Source of the DNA: Octopus sinensis | Lineage: Eukaryota | Direction: 5' to 3' | Assembly (NCBI RefSeq): GCF_006345805.1 | Contig: NC_042998.1 | Location: 3,720,001 to 3,784,000 of the forward strand | Length of the DNA: 64,000 nt | Shown: piece after piece, positions 40,011 to 52,665 of the stretch | Position numbering within the stretch: the stretch's first letter is position 1 | Layout: every line of letters begins with the position of its first letter | Made by a program: the position numbers and the translations under genes | The notes under the pieces: model-generated | Seen by the model: only the letters and a program-made list of their open reading frames with translations | Told to the model about the DNA's origin: nothing | The model's database searches: none

Positions 40011-40205
40011 CACAAGGGGTGCTGAAAAGTTTCTGGCTTTAAGGGAATCACAAAAGGCCTGGTCGAAGACCCAATTTTCTGAGTTCTTTTATATGGCTTA
40101 AAAACTGAAGGACCATTGCAATAACTGTGTGGATCTGAGAGGGGAATATGTTGCATAAAATCATAATTAATTGATCTTCCTGTTTTTTCTTTAACCCAAA
40201 ACCCA
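40011..40205 (+). mobile_element. Mariner-derived MITE remnant
   Basis: aaggggtgctgaaaagtttctggc terminus plus KLKDHCNNCVDLRGEYVA*, like mariner transposase C-termini. Confidence 0.55.
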
Positions 40206-40602
40206 CAATATATATGTATGCATGTGTGTGTCTGCACATGTGTGTATATATTCATATTTATATATCTATACATACATAGACTTCTTTACTATATAGCTGT
40301 AAAGCTACATAATTCATTTAAGTGCAAAGAGTTTCATGTGTAGTACTTAGTAAATCTACTTTGTCTATTGAATTCTATATCTCCTGTTTGAACCATCAAA
40401 TCCAAGTGTGAATGTATGTGTATGTAAACACATTCACACAAGTGTGTATGCACACACACAAACACACAACACACACACATTGTATGAATTTGTTTGCCTA
40501 ATTGTTTAAATGGTTGATTTATCTAATATGTATATATCCATGTATACAAACACACCCATGCGTTAACACAATTTTAAAACTATTTTTTATTTCTTCTTTT
40601 AG

Positions 40603-40856
40603 GATACCAAGAAGTGAAAATGATCCCAGCTGGGGCTCGAAATATATTTGTTAATGAATTGAAAGGTGCTCAATCTGCAGAACACAACTATCTGGCCCTG
40701 CGCAACCAGAATGGAGAATACTATTTGAATGGGGGCTGGTTTATTGAATGGAGTGGTGACTATGAAATAGCTGGCACAATTGTTCATTATTCACGTGAGG
40801 GAGATGTTGAAAGCTTCAATGCTGTTGGACCTTTAAAAGAACCCCTAACGATAATG
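40603..40856 (+). CDS. ADAMTS7/12: ADAMTS exon: spacer domain (GYQEVKMIPAGARNI...GPLKEPLTIM)
   Basis: Acceptor ttcttcttttag, donor GTACGT at 40857; 254 nt, phase 1 to 0; IPAGAR, YYLNGGW and GPLKEPL spacer motifs. Confidence 0.96.
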
Positions 40857-40881
40857 GTACGTTTCACACTACTTGTCTATT

Positions 40882-41296
40882 TTCACCGCTGCCTTCACTG
40901 AGGCGGAGGTATTGTTTTCAGTTGTGTTTGTTTGTTTGTCCGTGGACAAGATATCTCAAGAACTGCCTGATGGATTGAAATGAAACTTTCAGGGATGTTT
41001 GGCCTCGTGGCTGGCATAAACTGATTAGATTTTGGGATCGATCCGGTTCTGGACAAGGATTCTGATGCAGCACGGATTTTTCTCAGTGAACAGATCGTGG
41101 TCTATTCTGAATTATTTTTCCTGTTTTTTTTTTTACATAATTTTTCAGAGCAGTTGGGTTCGTTTTTAGTATTCTCGTTTGTGAGAGCAGTTGAGTTTAT
41201 TCCAGATATTCTCATTTTAAAAATCATCTCTGGCTAATCGTTGAGAGGACGTTGGTGTTGCCTTGGTAGAGGTTTGTGCTCTCTGAGTGCTCGTGT
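40882..41296 (+). mobile_element. HINE/DINE-1-like (Helentron-associated) element
   Basis: Subterminal inverted repeats (accgctgcctt / ccttggtagaggt) and a 3' hairpin gtgctctctgagtgc followed by T-rich sequence; copy at 48995-49364, fragments near 34690 and 51670. Confidence 0.6.
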
Positions 41297-41730
41297 TTGA
41301 TATTATTATTTATTACTTGTAAGCAATCCATAAATATATGATTTCATTATGTTTAATTTTGAAAGCACATGGCTTAGTGCTTGAGGTTATTGAGCTCATG
41401 AGATTGGTACCTGGTGGTGTGTTGGATCCTTGAGCGAGGCACTTTATTTCATGTTACTCCAGTCCACTCAGTTGGAAAAAATGAGTAATACCTGTAATTA
41501 ATAGGGCCAGCCTTGTCGCATTGACTCACACTGAATCCCTTTAAGAAATATGTTAAGGTTATGTGCGTGTCTGTGGAATGCTCAGTCAGTTGCACATTAA
41601 TACCACAAGCAGGCTGTTCCATTGATTGGACCAACTGGAACACTTGTCATCGAAACAGATGGTGTGTCAGTTAACTTTGTTATATGATTTATTTCATGAT
41701 GCAAGGAAGTTTAAATATAAGCTTACACAA

Positions 41731-41764
<34 letters not shown>

Positions 41765-42139
41765 GCATATATAATTTTCTCCTTCTTTTCATCATTGTCC
41801 TCCCCCTCCTCATCTGCCTCGTTATAGTCCATTCTCTTCTTGGTCCTCCTTTTATGTTGTGATTATCCTCCTTGTTAGTCATTTACATCTTGCCCCTCCT
41901 CTACATCATCATCGTCATTCACCTCCACTTTCTCCTCCTCCACTTCCTCCTCCCTCTTCTCCTCCTACTCCTCTCCACTCCTCCTTCTCCTCCTCCTCCT
42001 CCACCTCTCAACTTCCTCCTCCTCCACTTCCTTCTCCTCCACTTCCTCCTCTCCACTTCCTCCTCCTCCTCTCCACTTCCTCCTCCTCCTCTCCACTTCC
42101 TCTCCATCCTCCTCCTCCTCCTCTATCTCATCACTTAAT

Positions 42140-42335
42140 CTAGTCTTCTTTAGAACCATGCCTTGCCAATTGTCCCGGTCACTTGTAATCTCTTTTGTAA
42201 AGTCCCACTGTCTGAGAACAGTCTTCAGCATTGCATCCCATACACTCTTCATTCAGAATTTCATTTCAACTAATTTCATTGTGCTTCTTTACCCGAATGT
42301 CATCCTCTATATGTCTCTTGAGTGAGATCGTTGCC
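42140..42335 (-). mobile_element. RTE-like LINE 3' coding remnant
   Basis: WDAMLKTVLRQWDFTKEITSDRDNWQGMVLKKTR resembles RTE C-termini (W..D..DRxxWR). Confidence 0.5.
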
Positions 42336-44691
42336 AGTGCCACTAGACTGGCTCCTGTGCAGGTGGCACATAAAAAGCACCATTTGAGCATGGCTGTTGC
42401 CAGTGGCACGTAAAAGCACCCACTACATTCTCAGAGTGGTTGGCATTAGGAAGGGCATCAAGCTGTAGAAATTCTGCCAAATCAGATCGGAGCCTGGTGC
42501 AGCCATCTGGTTCACCAGTCCTCAGTCAAATCGTCCAACCCATGCCAGCATGGAAAGCAGACGTTAAACGATGATGATGATGACAGCTGATGTTCTTACA
42601 TCTAAGTTTTCACTCAGCTTATCTGTGCTTGATAATTCCTGAATGCAAATATTACACATCCAGCCTCAATTCTTTCTTTATACTTGCTTCATACACAGAA
42701 TCACTGTTTCGTTACCATATGATACCACATCATTGTGCTTCATACATAACCATTACACAATCTGCAGGCATGGCTGCATGGTAAGAAGCTTGCTTCCTAA
42801 CCATGTGGTCTTGGGTTTAGTCCAACCGTGTGACATCTTGGGCAAGTGTTTTTCACTGTGGAGCTGGACCAGACCAAAATCTTGTAAGTGGATTTGGTAG
42901 GCAGAAACTGAAAGAAGCCTTAATTTGATAGAAAGAAGAAGATTTGGTACACAGAAACTGAAAGGCGGTGAGCTAGCAGAAATGTTAGCACGCTGGGTGA
43001 AATGCTGAGCAGCATTTCGTCTGCTGCTACGTTCTGAGTTCAAATTCCACCGAGGTCGACTTTGCCTTTCATCTTTTTGGGGTTGATAAATTAAGTACCA
43101 GTTATTCACTGGGTCGATATAATCGACTTAATCCGTTTGTCTGTCCTTGTTTGGCCCCTTGTGGGCAGTAAAGAAATAAGAAACTGAAAGAAGCCTATTA
43201 TATCATCATCCACATCATCATCATCATCATCATATTCCTTTAACATCTGCTTTCCATGTTGGCATGGGTTCTCTGGCTTGACCAGAGCTGGCAAGCAGGA
43301 GAGCTGCATCAAGTGTCAGTCTGATTTGGCTTCGTTTCTATGGCTGGATGCCCTTCCTAATGCCAACCACTTTACAGAGTGTACTGGGTGCTTTTTATGT
43401 GGCACCAGTATAGCATATATGTGTCTGTGTGTTTGTTTTACACCACCACTTGACAACCGGTTTTGGTTTTTACATCTCCATAACTTAGCAGTTCAGCAAA
43501 AACGACTAATGGAATAAGTACCAGACTTATAAATAAATACTGGGGTCAGTTTGTTTAACTAAATCCTTCAAGGCATTGCCTCAGCATGGCCACAGTCCAA
43601 ACACTGGAACAAGTGAAACATAAAAGGTAATAACTCCCTAACCTTTGTCTGCCCTACCCTTACCCTGGGTCCTATGTTTTTGGAGTACCCATCTCGATCA
43701 ATAATTTCATCACATAGATAACAGAAGCTATCAGTTATTATTTTCTGTCATTTACTTGTTTCAGTCATTAGACTACGGCCATGCTGGGGCACCACCTTAA
43801 AGAATTTTTAGTTGAATGAATCGACCCAGTACTTAGCTGTTTTTTAAGCCTGGTATTTATTCTATCAGTCTTATTTGCCAAACCGCTATGTTATGAGGAA
43901 GTAAACACTCTATCAATGGTTTTCAAGCAGTGGTGGAGGACATACATATACATACACACACATAAGGCAGTGGGTTGGCAGAATCGTTAGCACACCGGTT
44001 GAAATGCTGAGCGGTATTTCGTCTGCCATTATGTTCCGAGTTCAAATTCTGCTGAGGTCAACTTTGCCTTTCATTCTTTTAGGGGTCGATAAATTAAGTA
44101 CCAGTTATGCACTGGGGTCAATATAATCGACTTAATACCTTTGTCTCTCCTTGTTTGTCCCCTCTATGTTTAGCCCCTTGTGGGCAATAAAGAAATAAGA
44201 AATGTTAGTACACTGGACGAAATCCTTAGCTGCATTTTGTCTGTGTTTACATTCTGAGTTCAAATTCCGCCGAGGTCGACTTTGCCTGTCATCCTTTCGG
44301 GGTCGACTAAATAAGTACCAGTTATGCACTGGGGTCGATGTAATCGACTTAGCCCCTTTGTCTGTCCCCTCTATGTCAGCCCCTTGTGGGCAGTAAAGAA
44401 ATAACAAACATAAACACATAAATATATGCACACATATATATATATGTATATATATATGACGTTGCTACCATTTGAACCCGGTCTCCAGGCTCAGAATAAC
44501 ACATGAGCTGATGTTCCTACTCTTCTTCCCCCATCAGTTTAAGAGATGTGGCAAAGAGGTCATAAGCATGGATCATCAATGCATGTTAACATGGAAAGCA
44601 GATTTAAAACGATAACGATGACGATGACAAAGAAAATAATACATATATGCATATATATATATATATATAGATATATATATATATATATATA

Positions 44692-44743
<52 letters not shown>

Positions 44744-45500
44744 TATATATATATATATATATGCATGCATATATATATATGCATATATGTACACACGCAC
44801 ACACAGAAAACACACACACACACACACACGCATAAACATTAGCAGTGACTGGGTCATAGATGTAGGCTGAGAGACTTTGATAGTTGAAGATCTATACAAA
44901 TATCACAAAATAATGAGAAAACAGTTGTGAATATAACAGAGTAATTGTGTTTTATATGTCTGATATAAATCTATTATGATGCAAAGCACGATTTCAGATA
45001 AAATCACGAATTTTATGAATTTTATTGTGTGTTTTTTTTTCACCCTTTTTGATGTACACGATCACAAGTTTCCTCAGCTTCTAGGTTTTTGTTTTTCTTT
45101 AACCTCTTTGAAACAGTTATAGTCTCTCTTTCTCTCTCTCTCTCTTCTTCTCTCCCTCTTTCTCTCTCTTGGCATTATAACTCCATCGTTTTATTACAGT
45201 AAGACTATTTCGTTTAGCTTTTGTTTCCACAAGTCTTTCCTTTTTCTTTTTGTATTTGATCTGTCAGTTATCAGACAAATGAGTCAATTGCTTTAAAATG
45301 CTTTTATGATCAAAGGTGTCTATCAATAGAGTATCAACCCTATTGCTCATTACTACGTACCCGACTTTTAATTGCAGACAATTGCTAAATTGTGATTGTG
45401 TAGATACTAGTTAATCTACTTGACTCCAGAGATCTCTGGACGAAATCTCATGATATAACACTCACACACACACACATACACACACACATATGCACAGAGA

Positions 45501-45545
<45 letters not shown>

Positions 45546-45598
45546 GCACAAACATATACATATGCATGCACACACACATACGCACATGGCACACACAG

Positions 45599-45629
<31 letters not shown>

Positions 45630-46776
45630 CACATAGAAGCACACACACACGCATGCACAGAGGTACACACATACACTCACAGAGGCACAGACACACATAT
45701 GCATACACACACATACGCACATGGCACACACAACGACACACACACACACACACACACACGAAGTGTACACATCCCGACTAGAAATATCAACTGAAATATT
45801 TTTTCCATGCTAACTTATATAATGTTCCATAAACTTATATGTGGTTTATTCTTGTTTGATAAGCATTTTTGCTATTTCTGACTCTTCAGTTTCCGACTTG
45901 TGAGTTGATTTGATAGAGAGAAGCTTGAAGAAAACCATTGTATATATGTAAACGTGTGTATATATGTATGTCATCATCATCGTTTAACGTCCGTTTTCCA
46001 TGCTGGCATGGGTTGGACGGTTTTATGTTGTCATTGTCCTCCTTGTCCAACTTGCAGTCATTTACATGGAGTTGGCCAGCTGGGAGCTGTCCAGATTCCA
46101 ATTGTCTGCTATAGCATGGCCTCCACAGCTGAATGCCCTTCCAAACACCTATTTCTTTACTACCTACAAGGGGCTAAACACAGAGAGGACAAACAAGGAC
46201 AGACAAATGGATTAAGTCGACTACATTGACCCCAGTGCATAACTAGTACTTATTTAATCGACCCCCGAAAGGATGAAAGACAAAGTCGACCTCGGCGGAA
46301 TTTGAACTCAGAACGTAGCGGCAGACAAATTACCTATTTCTTTACTACCCACAAGGGGCTAAACACAGGGAGGACGAACAAGGACAGACAAACGGATTAA
46401 GTTGATTATATCAACCCCAGTGTGTAACTGGTACTTATTTAATCCACCCCGGAAGGATGAAAGGCAAAGTCGACCACGGCAGAATTTGAACTCAGAACAT
46501 AGCGACAGACAAAATACTGCTAAGCATTTCGCCCAGTGTGCTAACCACTCTGCCAGCTCGCCGCCTTTGACCTTCCAAACACCAGTCACTTAACAGAGTG
46601 TACTGGGTGATCTTCACATGCCACCAGCACAGGTACACTTATGCAGCACCAGAATAGGTGTGTTTACACAGCACCTGTAAACGACAAGCCAGTATGTATG
46701 GAAGACAGTGGTTTTGCTTAGCTTGATGCATCTTTTCAAGTACAGCAAATTGCCACATCTCCCAGTTCTTTGTATA

Positions 46777-47084
46777 CATTGGGTTGTCCGGAAAGTTCAT
46801 GCCGATTTTTAAAGGAAAGGAAAAGGTCAATAAATACTTGCCATTACATTTTTAATCAACCAAATATGGCAAAGAATTCATCAAGGTATCTTTTTACGTC
46901 ATGCAAGGAATGGAAATTTTTACCATTAAGACTATTCTGCAGAGACCTGAATAAGTGGAAATCCAAAGGAGCAACGTCTGGTGAATGTGGAGGGTGGGGT
47001 AACACATCCCAGCCGAGCTGCAGCAATTTTTGTCTGGTTCCCAAAGCATCAAGTGTTGAAAATGAACTTTCTTATCTTCCAATT
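46777..47084 (-). mobile_element. Internally deleted mariner element
   Basis: LLQLGWDVLPHPPHSPDVAPLDFHLFRSLQNSLNGKNF (YSPDLAP-type motif); degenerate TIRs ttgggttgtccggaaagttcat / atgaactttc..ccaa. Confidence 0.85.
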
Positions 47085-47943
47085 TAAAGGGTTACAGAAT
47101 TAACAGAGGTTATAGGAACATCAATCTTCTTACATGAAAAGATAGCTTAAACTGTGCTCTGAATGGAGGTGTAGTGAAATCCTATTTTATGGACTCAACC
47201 ATGTTCTAAAATAAGTCAAAAGGTAAGCTACTATAAATCAGCACGAACTTTCCAGACAGCCCAATACTACTACCACTAGTAACTAATTTTAAAAATATTC
47301 TATTCTTAAAAGCAGATAAAAACATATTTTTCTAATTGTTTCATGAATATTATAGCACGTTCTTTTTTTTAAATGAAACTTGATACTGCATCAAAGGTCA
47401 AAAGTAGTTTTATATCACTTCACAGTCTTTTGGTTAATATCAATAAATAGTATCAGTTCTTCTTACCTTAATATTACCTAATAAAAAGCACCATTTGAGC
47501 GTGGCTGTTGCCAGTACCACCTGACTGGCCCTCATGCTGGTGGCACGTAAAAAGCAGCCACTATTCTCGGTGTGGTTGGCATTAGGAAGGGCATCCAGCT
47601 GTAGAAACTCTGCCAGATCAGATTGGAGTCTGGTTTAGCAATCTGGTTTGCCAGACCTCAGTCAAATCGTCCAACCCATGCTGGCATGGAAAACGGACGT
47701 TAAACGATGATGATGATGATATATATATATATGTGTGTGCATGTGTGATGGGCTTCTTTCAGTTTCCATCAACAAAATCCATTGAATTTGGTCAGCCCAG
47801 GGCTATACTAGAAAACACTTAACCAAGCCAACATACAGTGGGATTGAACCCAAAATTAAATTATTGGGAAGCAAATGTCTTAACCACATAGCCATGCCTG
47901 CATCTGCCATACCTGAACAAATTCACACAGACACAAGCACACA

Positions 47944-47980
<37 letters not shown>

Positions 47981-47983
<3 letters not shown>

Positions 47984-48036
47984 TTTGATAGGATTCGGCC
48001 ATTATTGGCCCAGGCCATGTCTAACTTAATAGCACC
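47981..48036 (-). mobile_element. About 55-bp 3' stub of the same CR1-type LINE
   Basis: Reverse complement of ggtgctattaagttagacatggcctgggccaataatggccgaa(t)cctatcaaagta, the 3' end of the two longer copies; embedded in (TA)n. Confidence 0.88.
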
Positions 48037-48885
48037 ATATATATTTATTTATGTATGTATGTATATGTATAGTTTACTTAAGGCACTGAGGAATTTGAGA
48101 ACAATTATGAAACTGTTACAGTGCAAGTGGATCTCTATAAGAAACTATAGTCTATAATCTCATATGTATATGAACACACATACACACATGCACATCACAA
48201 AAGCAATACGTTTAGAGGATGTAAATCTAGGTGTGTGAATCAACTCAAATTTATTAATGGTATTTATATCATTGACATGGTAAGGAATGATAAGTTAAAG
48301 TTAAGTTGTGGATGATTCCAAATCAAAAAGTAAAGTACACAACAAAATGCAGTACATTATTTAATCTAGAGCTCCAACAGTTTCTTTGAGAAATTAATCA
48401 TTAGAAATATGATTCATCGTGAATAATTTATCAATTTATCAATGAGTTTATTTTTTATTCAAAAGATACATTTGGATATTGAATGATTAAACACTCTTAT
48501 GAAAATGATATATCTCATTGTTTTTCTCTTTAGTCCTATTAATTTATGTAAATTCTCTTCATGTATTCCATGTGTGTGTGTGTATTTATAGGCAAATACA
48601 CACATGTATGTATACATATACGAATACATTTATCAAGATATATATACATAAACTTATATGTGTATGTATATAATCATTATCATCATCCTCATCATTTAAT
48701 GTTCTTCTTCTCTGCTGGCATGGGTTGGATAGTTCGACATGGACAGATGAGATAGAGGGCTGCACTAGATTCTACGAAGACTATGTTTACCTCCATCAGT
48801 AATGCTATGTGTTTCTGCTGGTCAGCATCTCTGATGAGTCACTTATATTGCCCAATGCAATAGTAACCGTGAAACTAATGGGAAC

Positions 48886-48921
<36 letters not shown>

Positions 48922-48994
48922 CACATGCATATAGGGTTGAACGAAATAAGTAGTATGCCCTGGAATTTTTCTAAAATTGAGTAAAATAAATAAA

Positions 48995-49364
48995 ACAAGA
49001 GCACTCAGAAAGTGCAAACCTCTGCCAAGGCAACACCAACGTCCTCTCAATGATTAACCAGAGAGGACTTTTAAAAAGAAAATATCTTAAATAAACTCGA
49101 ACACTCTCACAAACGAGAATATTAAAAACGAACCCAACAGCCCTCAAAAATTAAGTAAAAAAACAGGAAAAATAATCCAGTATTTGTGTCCGGTCCCAGA
49201 TTGATCCCAAAATCTAATGAGTTTGTGCCAGTCATGAGGCCAAACTTCCCTGAAAGTTTCATTTGAATCCATGTGGCAGTTCTTGAGATATCTTGTCCAC
49301 AGATAAACAAACAAACAAACATGACTGAAAACAATACCTCCACCTTTGCTAAGGCAGAGGTAAT
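48995..49364 (-). mobile_element. HINE/DINE-1-like element (second copy)
   Basis: Reverse-complement match to 40882-41296; subTIRs acctctgccttag / ccttggcagaggt; hairpin gcactttctgagtgc. Confidence 0.62.
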
Positions 49365-49518
49365 AATGGTAAATACACATGTAATCATACGATGATGAGC
49401 AAAATGAATTGTGTTTTCTTTATTAACCTCTAAGGGTTCACAAAAAACACTGAAGACAGTACAAGACACTAATGTAAAGAAAATGGCAAATGTTTTGGTT
49501 CATGACTTTTGGCCTATC

Positions 49519-49592
<74 letters not shown>

Positions 49593-49757
49593 AAATTTAA
49601 AGGACTGACCACTAAAAGTGGACGGTCAACATGCTAGATATAGACGTCAAATCGCTATTTTCCACAAAGAATATGTTCTCAAATAAAAACTCAGCACAAA
49701 ACCAAAGCATTAAAAATAAGCAAGACAAATGAAAATAAACGAAATAAAAATGATTAC

Positions 49758-49821
49758 CCATGTACTGATCAGTTTCGATTGTTAATATCCGCAAGGATAA
49801 ACTGCAATCTCCTCAGCATGG
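49758..49821 (-). ncRNA. Type I hammerhead ribozyme motif, canonical core
   Basis: Minus strand reads CCAUG-CUGAGGA-GAUUG(23 nt)CAAUC-GAAA-CUGAUCAG-UA/CAUGG: 5-bp stem I, CUGANGA, 5-bp stem II closed by G10.1-C11.1, GAAA, palindromic stem III and a GUA cleavage triplet. Confidence 0.85.
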
Positions 49822-49934
49822 TCTGTCATATTAGAAATACAATTTGCAGGACTAGATGCAAAAACGTTTGACTGGAGTCTCGCGTGCATGGAGTCCAACC
49901 GATTATATATATTTAAATATATATATATTATATA

Positions 49935-49974
<40 letters not shown>

Positions 49975-50650
49975 AAGAGAGAGAGTGTGTGTGTTTGTGT
50001 GTATCCTTGTCTCGACATCACTGGTAGTTCTAAATGATCACGACATCCGTGATGTTACCATCATACAAATGATTTCCTTTGCCAGTCTTCTTATGAAAAA
50101 CGTCTCTGGCTAGGAGGAAGTATTACTCTGCTTAGAAACAGGTGAAAGTTGGCAACAGGTTGGGTAATCAGTTGTAAAAAATCTTCCTCAATAATTTCTG
50201 TTTAATGCATGCAATTATGGTAAAAATATACATTAAACGAGGAATGCAAAGCTGTAATTTATAAGTAAAAGGACCATTTTTATAAGGTCCTGTTGCAGAC
50301 AACCTTGATAAAGAATGACAGTGACCCTGTTATCATTGCAAATGAGTAGAAAGATATATTGCCTTATTCCAATATACATAGAGATTATGTATATAGTGCA
50401 AGAAAAGAAGTCTTCTCAAAACTCATAAAGTTTTTGAGATACCTATTTCTTTACTACCCACAAGGGGCTAAACACAGAGAAGACAAACAAGGACAGACAA
50501 ACGGATTAAGTCGATTCTATCGACCCCAGTGCATAACTGGTACTTATTTAATTGACCCTGAAAGGATGATAGGCAAAGTTGACCTCGGCGGAATTTGAAC
50601 AAGTTTTGAGATACCATTGACTTAATCATTTACCTCACAAACTTCTAGAA

Positions 50651-50859
50651 CAATGCTTTTCAAACTTTTTGCTGGAGCGGAACCCCACGGAAACATTCCA
50701 CTGGCTCGAGGAACCCCTGTGCAGTAATTTAATAGTTTTATGCACACAGGAAGATTAAAAATTACTGCTGATTTTAGCAGTTTTGTAACTTCTTGCGGAA
50801 CCCCTGGACTGTACTGGCAGAAACCTAAAGTTCCGTGGAACCCTGGTTGAAAACCACTG
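50651..50859. mobile_element. hAT (Charlie-like) MITE, 209 bp
   Basis: Imperfect TIRs caatgcttttcaaac / ggttgaaaaccactg; perfect 8-bp TSD TTCTAGAA at 50643-50650 and 50860-50867. Confidence 0.88.
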
Positions 50860-51011
50860 TTCTAGAAACCTAAAACCTACCAATCAGATGAACATGCAAC
50901 CCAAATGGGCTACCCACTCATCAGGAAACGAAATAAAAGGAGCTGGTTGTGACTATTAGTCATTTTAATTAACTCTGTTGCTAACTTCCTTGTTTCCTTT
51001 TCTCTTTACAG

Positions 51012-51144
51012 TTGTTACTGCAGTCGACAAATCCTGGAGTTGAGTTTGAGTATACTGTGCCGAATGAGAATGCCAGCCACCGAATCCCAGAATTCAGTTG
51101 GCAGTATACAGATTGGTCACACTGCACCTCTTCATGTGGTGGAG
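51012..51144 (+). CDS. ADAMTS7/12: ADAMTS exon: spacer end and TSR start (LLLQSTNPGVEFEYTVPNENASHRIPEFSWQYTDWSHCTSSCGG)
   Basis: Long pyrimidine tract plus acag, donor GTATGT at 51145; 133 nt, phase 0 to 1; NPGVxYEY-like and WSxCxxSCGGG motifs. Confidence 0.95.
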
Positions 51145-51333
51145 GTATGTGTTTTTATTTATCCCCCTGCTGCTCTTCTTCCACCTCAATTTCTTCCTCT
51201 TCTTTTTGCTTCTATCCACCTCTTCTTCTTCCTTCTCTTCTTCCTTCTCTTCTTCTGTCATTCCTCTTCATCCTCTTCTTTCTGCTATAATATACATTGA
51301 AAAACAAACATAAAGTAAAAAAAAAATGAATTA

Positions 51334-51377
<44 letters not shown>

Positions 51378-51899
51378 GTAGCAGTAATGATCCTTTTTGC
51401 TATAGGCAAAAAGCCTGAAATTTCTTTGGGGCATGCGTGTGTGGGAGGTCTAGTTGATTATTCTGATCCCACTGGTACTTGTTTTATAGACTGCAAATGA
51501 ATGAAAGGATAAGATGACCTTGGCAAATAATAATAATAATAATAATAACAATAATCATCATCATCATCGTTTAGCGTCCGTTTTCCATGCTAGCATGGGT
51601 TGGACGGTTCTACTGAGGTCTGTGAAGCCAGAAGGCTTCATCAGGCCCAGTCAAATCTGGCAGTGTTTTCAAAATAATAATCTTTTCCACTCTGCCAACG
51701 CAAGATCAACGTCCTCCAACGATTAACTGGAGTTGATTTTTAAAATGGGAATATCTGAAATAAAATCCTTCAATGAATATCACGAGACCTTTTGATTTTC
51801 TCCTCTCCTTAATTCCGGTCTTCCTTTAGTAACCCTTTTGGTTTAGATCGTTGTATAGAATTATGTATATATGTAAGTATACTGTAAAGTGTTAAAATG

Positions 51900-51942
<43 letters not shown>

Positions 51943-51993
51943 GTATGTGCATATATATATATATATATATATATGTATATGTGTATGTATATG

Positions 51994-52024
<31 letters not shown>

Positions 52025-52269
52025 GTATGTATGTAGAAACTCTGCTAGATCAGACTGGAGCTTGGTGCAGCCATCTGGCCTGCCAGACCTCAGTCAAATC
52101 GTCCAATCCATGCTAGCATGGAAAGCGGACGTTAAACAATGATGATGATATATATATACATGTATATATATATATGTATATATGTATATATATATATATA
52201 TATATAATATATATATAATAAGACAAAAAAAAAGAAAAACAAACTAAGGCAGTGTAAGGTCATACACTA

Positions 52270-52470
52270 TGCATACCATATGATGAGAGAGTGGATACTC
52301 TATTATCATATGGTGGGGAAGATGACAATTATTACTGCAGTAATTGGCCCAACGTATAAACATCTGAAGGATATTAGAATTGAGACCTGTATTGTTGATC
52401 TGTGGGAAAGAGTAATCTTGTATTCTACAAGAATCCTGGAAAAGATTCTTGACATTTGAGGAGACTTCCC
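52270..52470 (+). mobile_element. Short R4/Dong-like 3' remnant
   Basis: IPYDERVDT, then MTIITAVIGP..KHLKDIRIETCIVDLWERVILYSTRILEKILDI*. Confidence 0.5.
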
Positions 52471-52665
52471 ACCAAAGCTCAAAACCATTTCCCCACTGAC
52501 TATTGTAACTTGTAATAGTTTTAATAATAAATATATGCCCAGGTGTTGAAACCATAGTGATATCCGCTTGGTACTTGATGATGGCAATACACATTTGTTA
52601 TATTTGACTGGGAATTTCTTATTACTTTGTCTCATTATTCTGAGTTATCCTTTATTCTTGTAAAA

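Noticed and set aside
48830-48890. CTGATGA...GTGAAAC with an internal hairpin
   Set aside because: Stem II closure, stem III and stem I do not pair; at best a heavily decayed motif.
50895-50935. Minus CTGATGA followed by a GTGGG/CCCAT hairpin
   Set aside because: No GAAA follows the hairpin.
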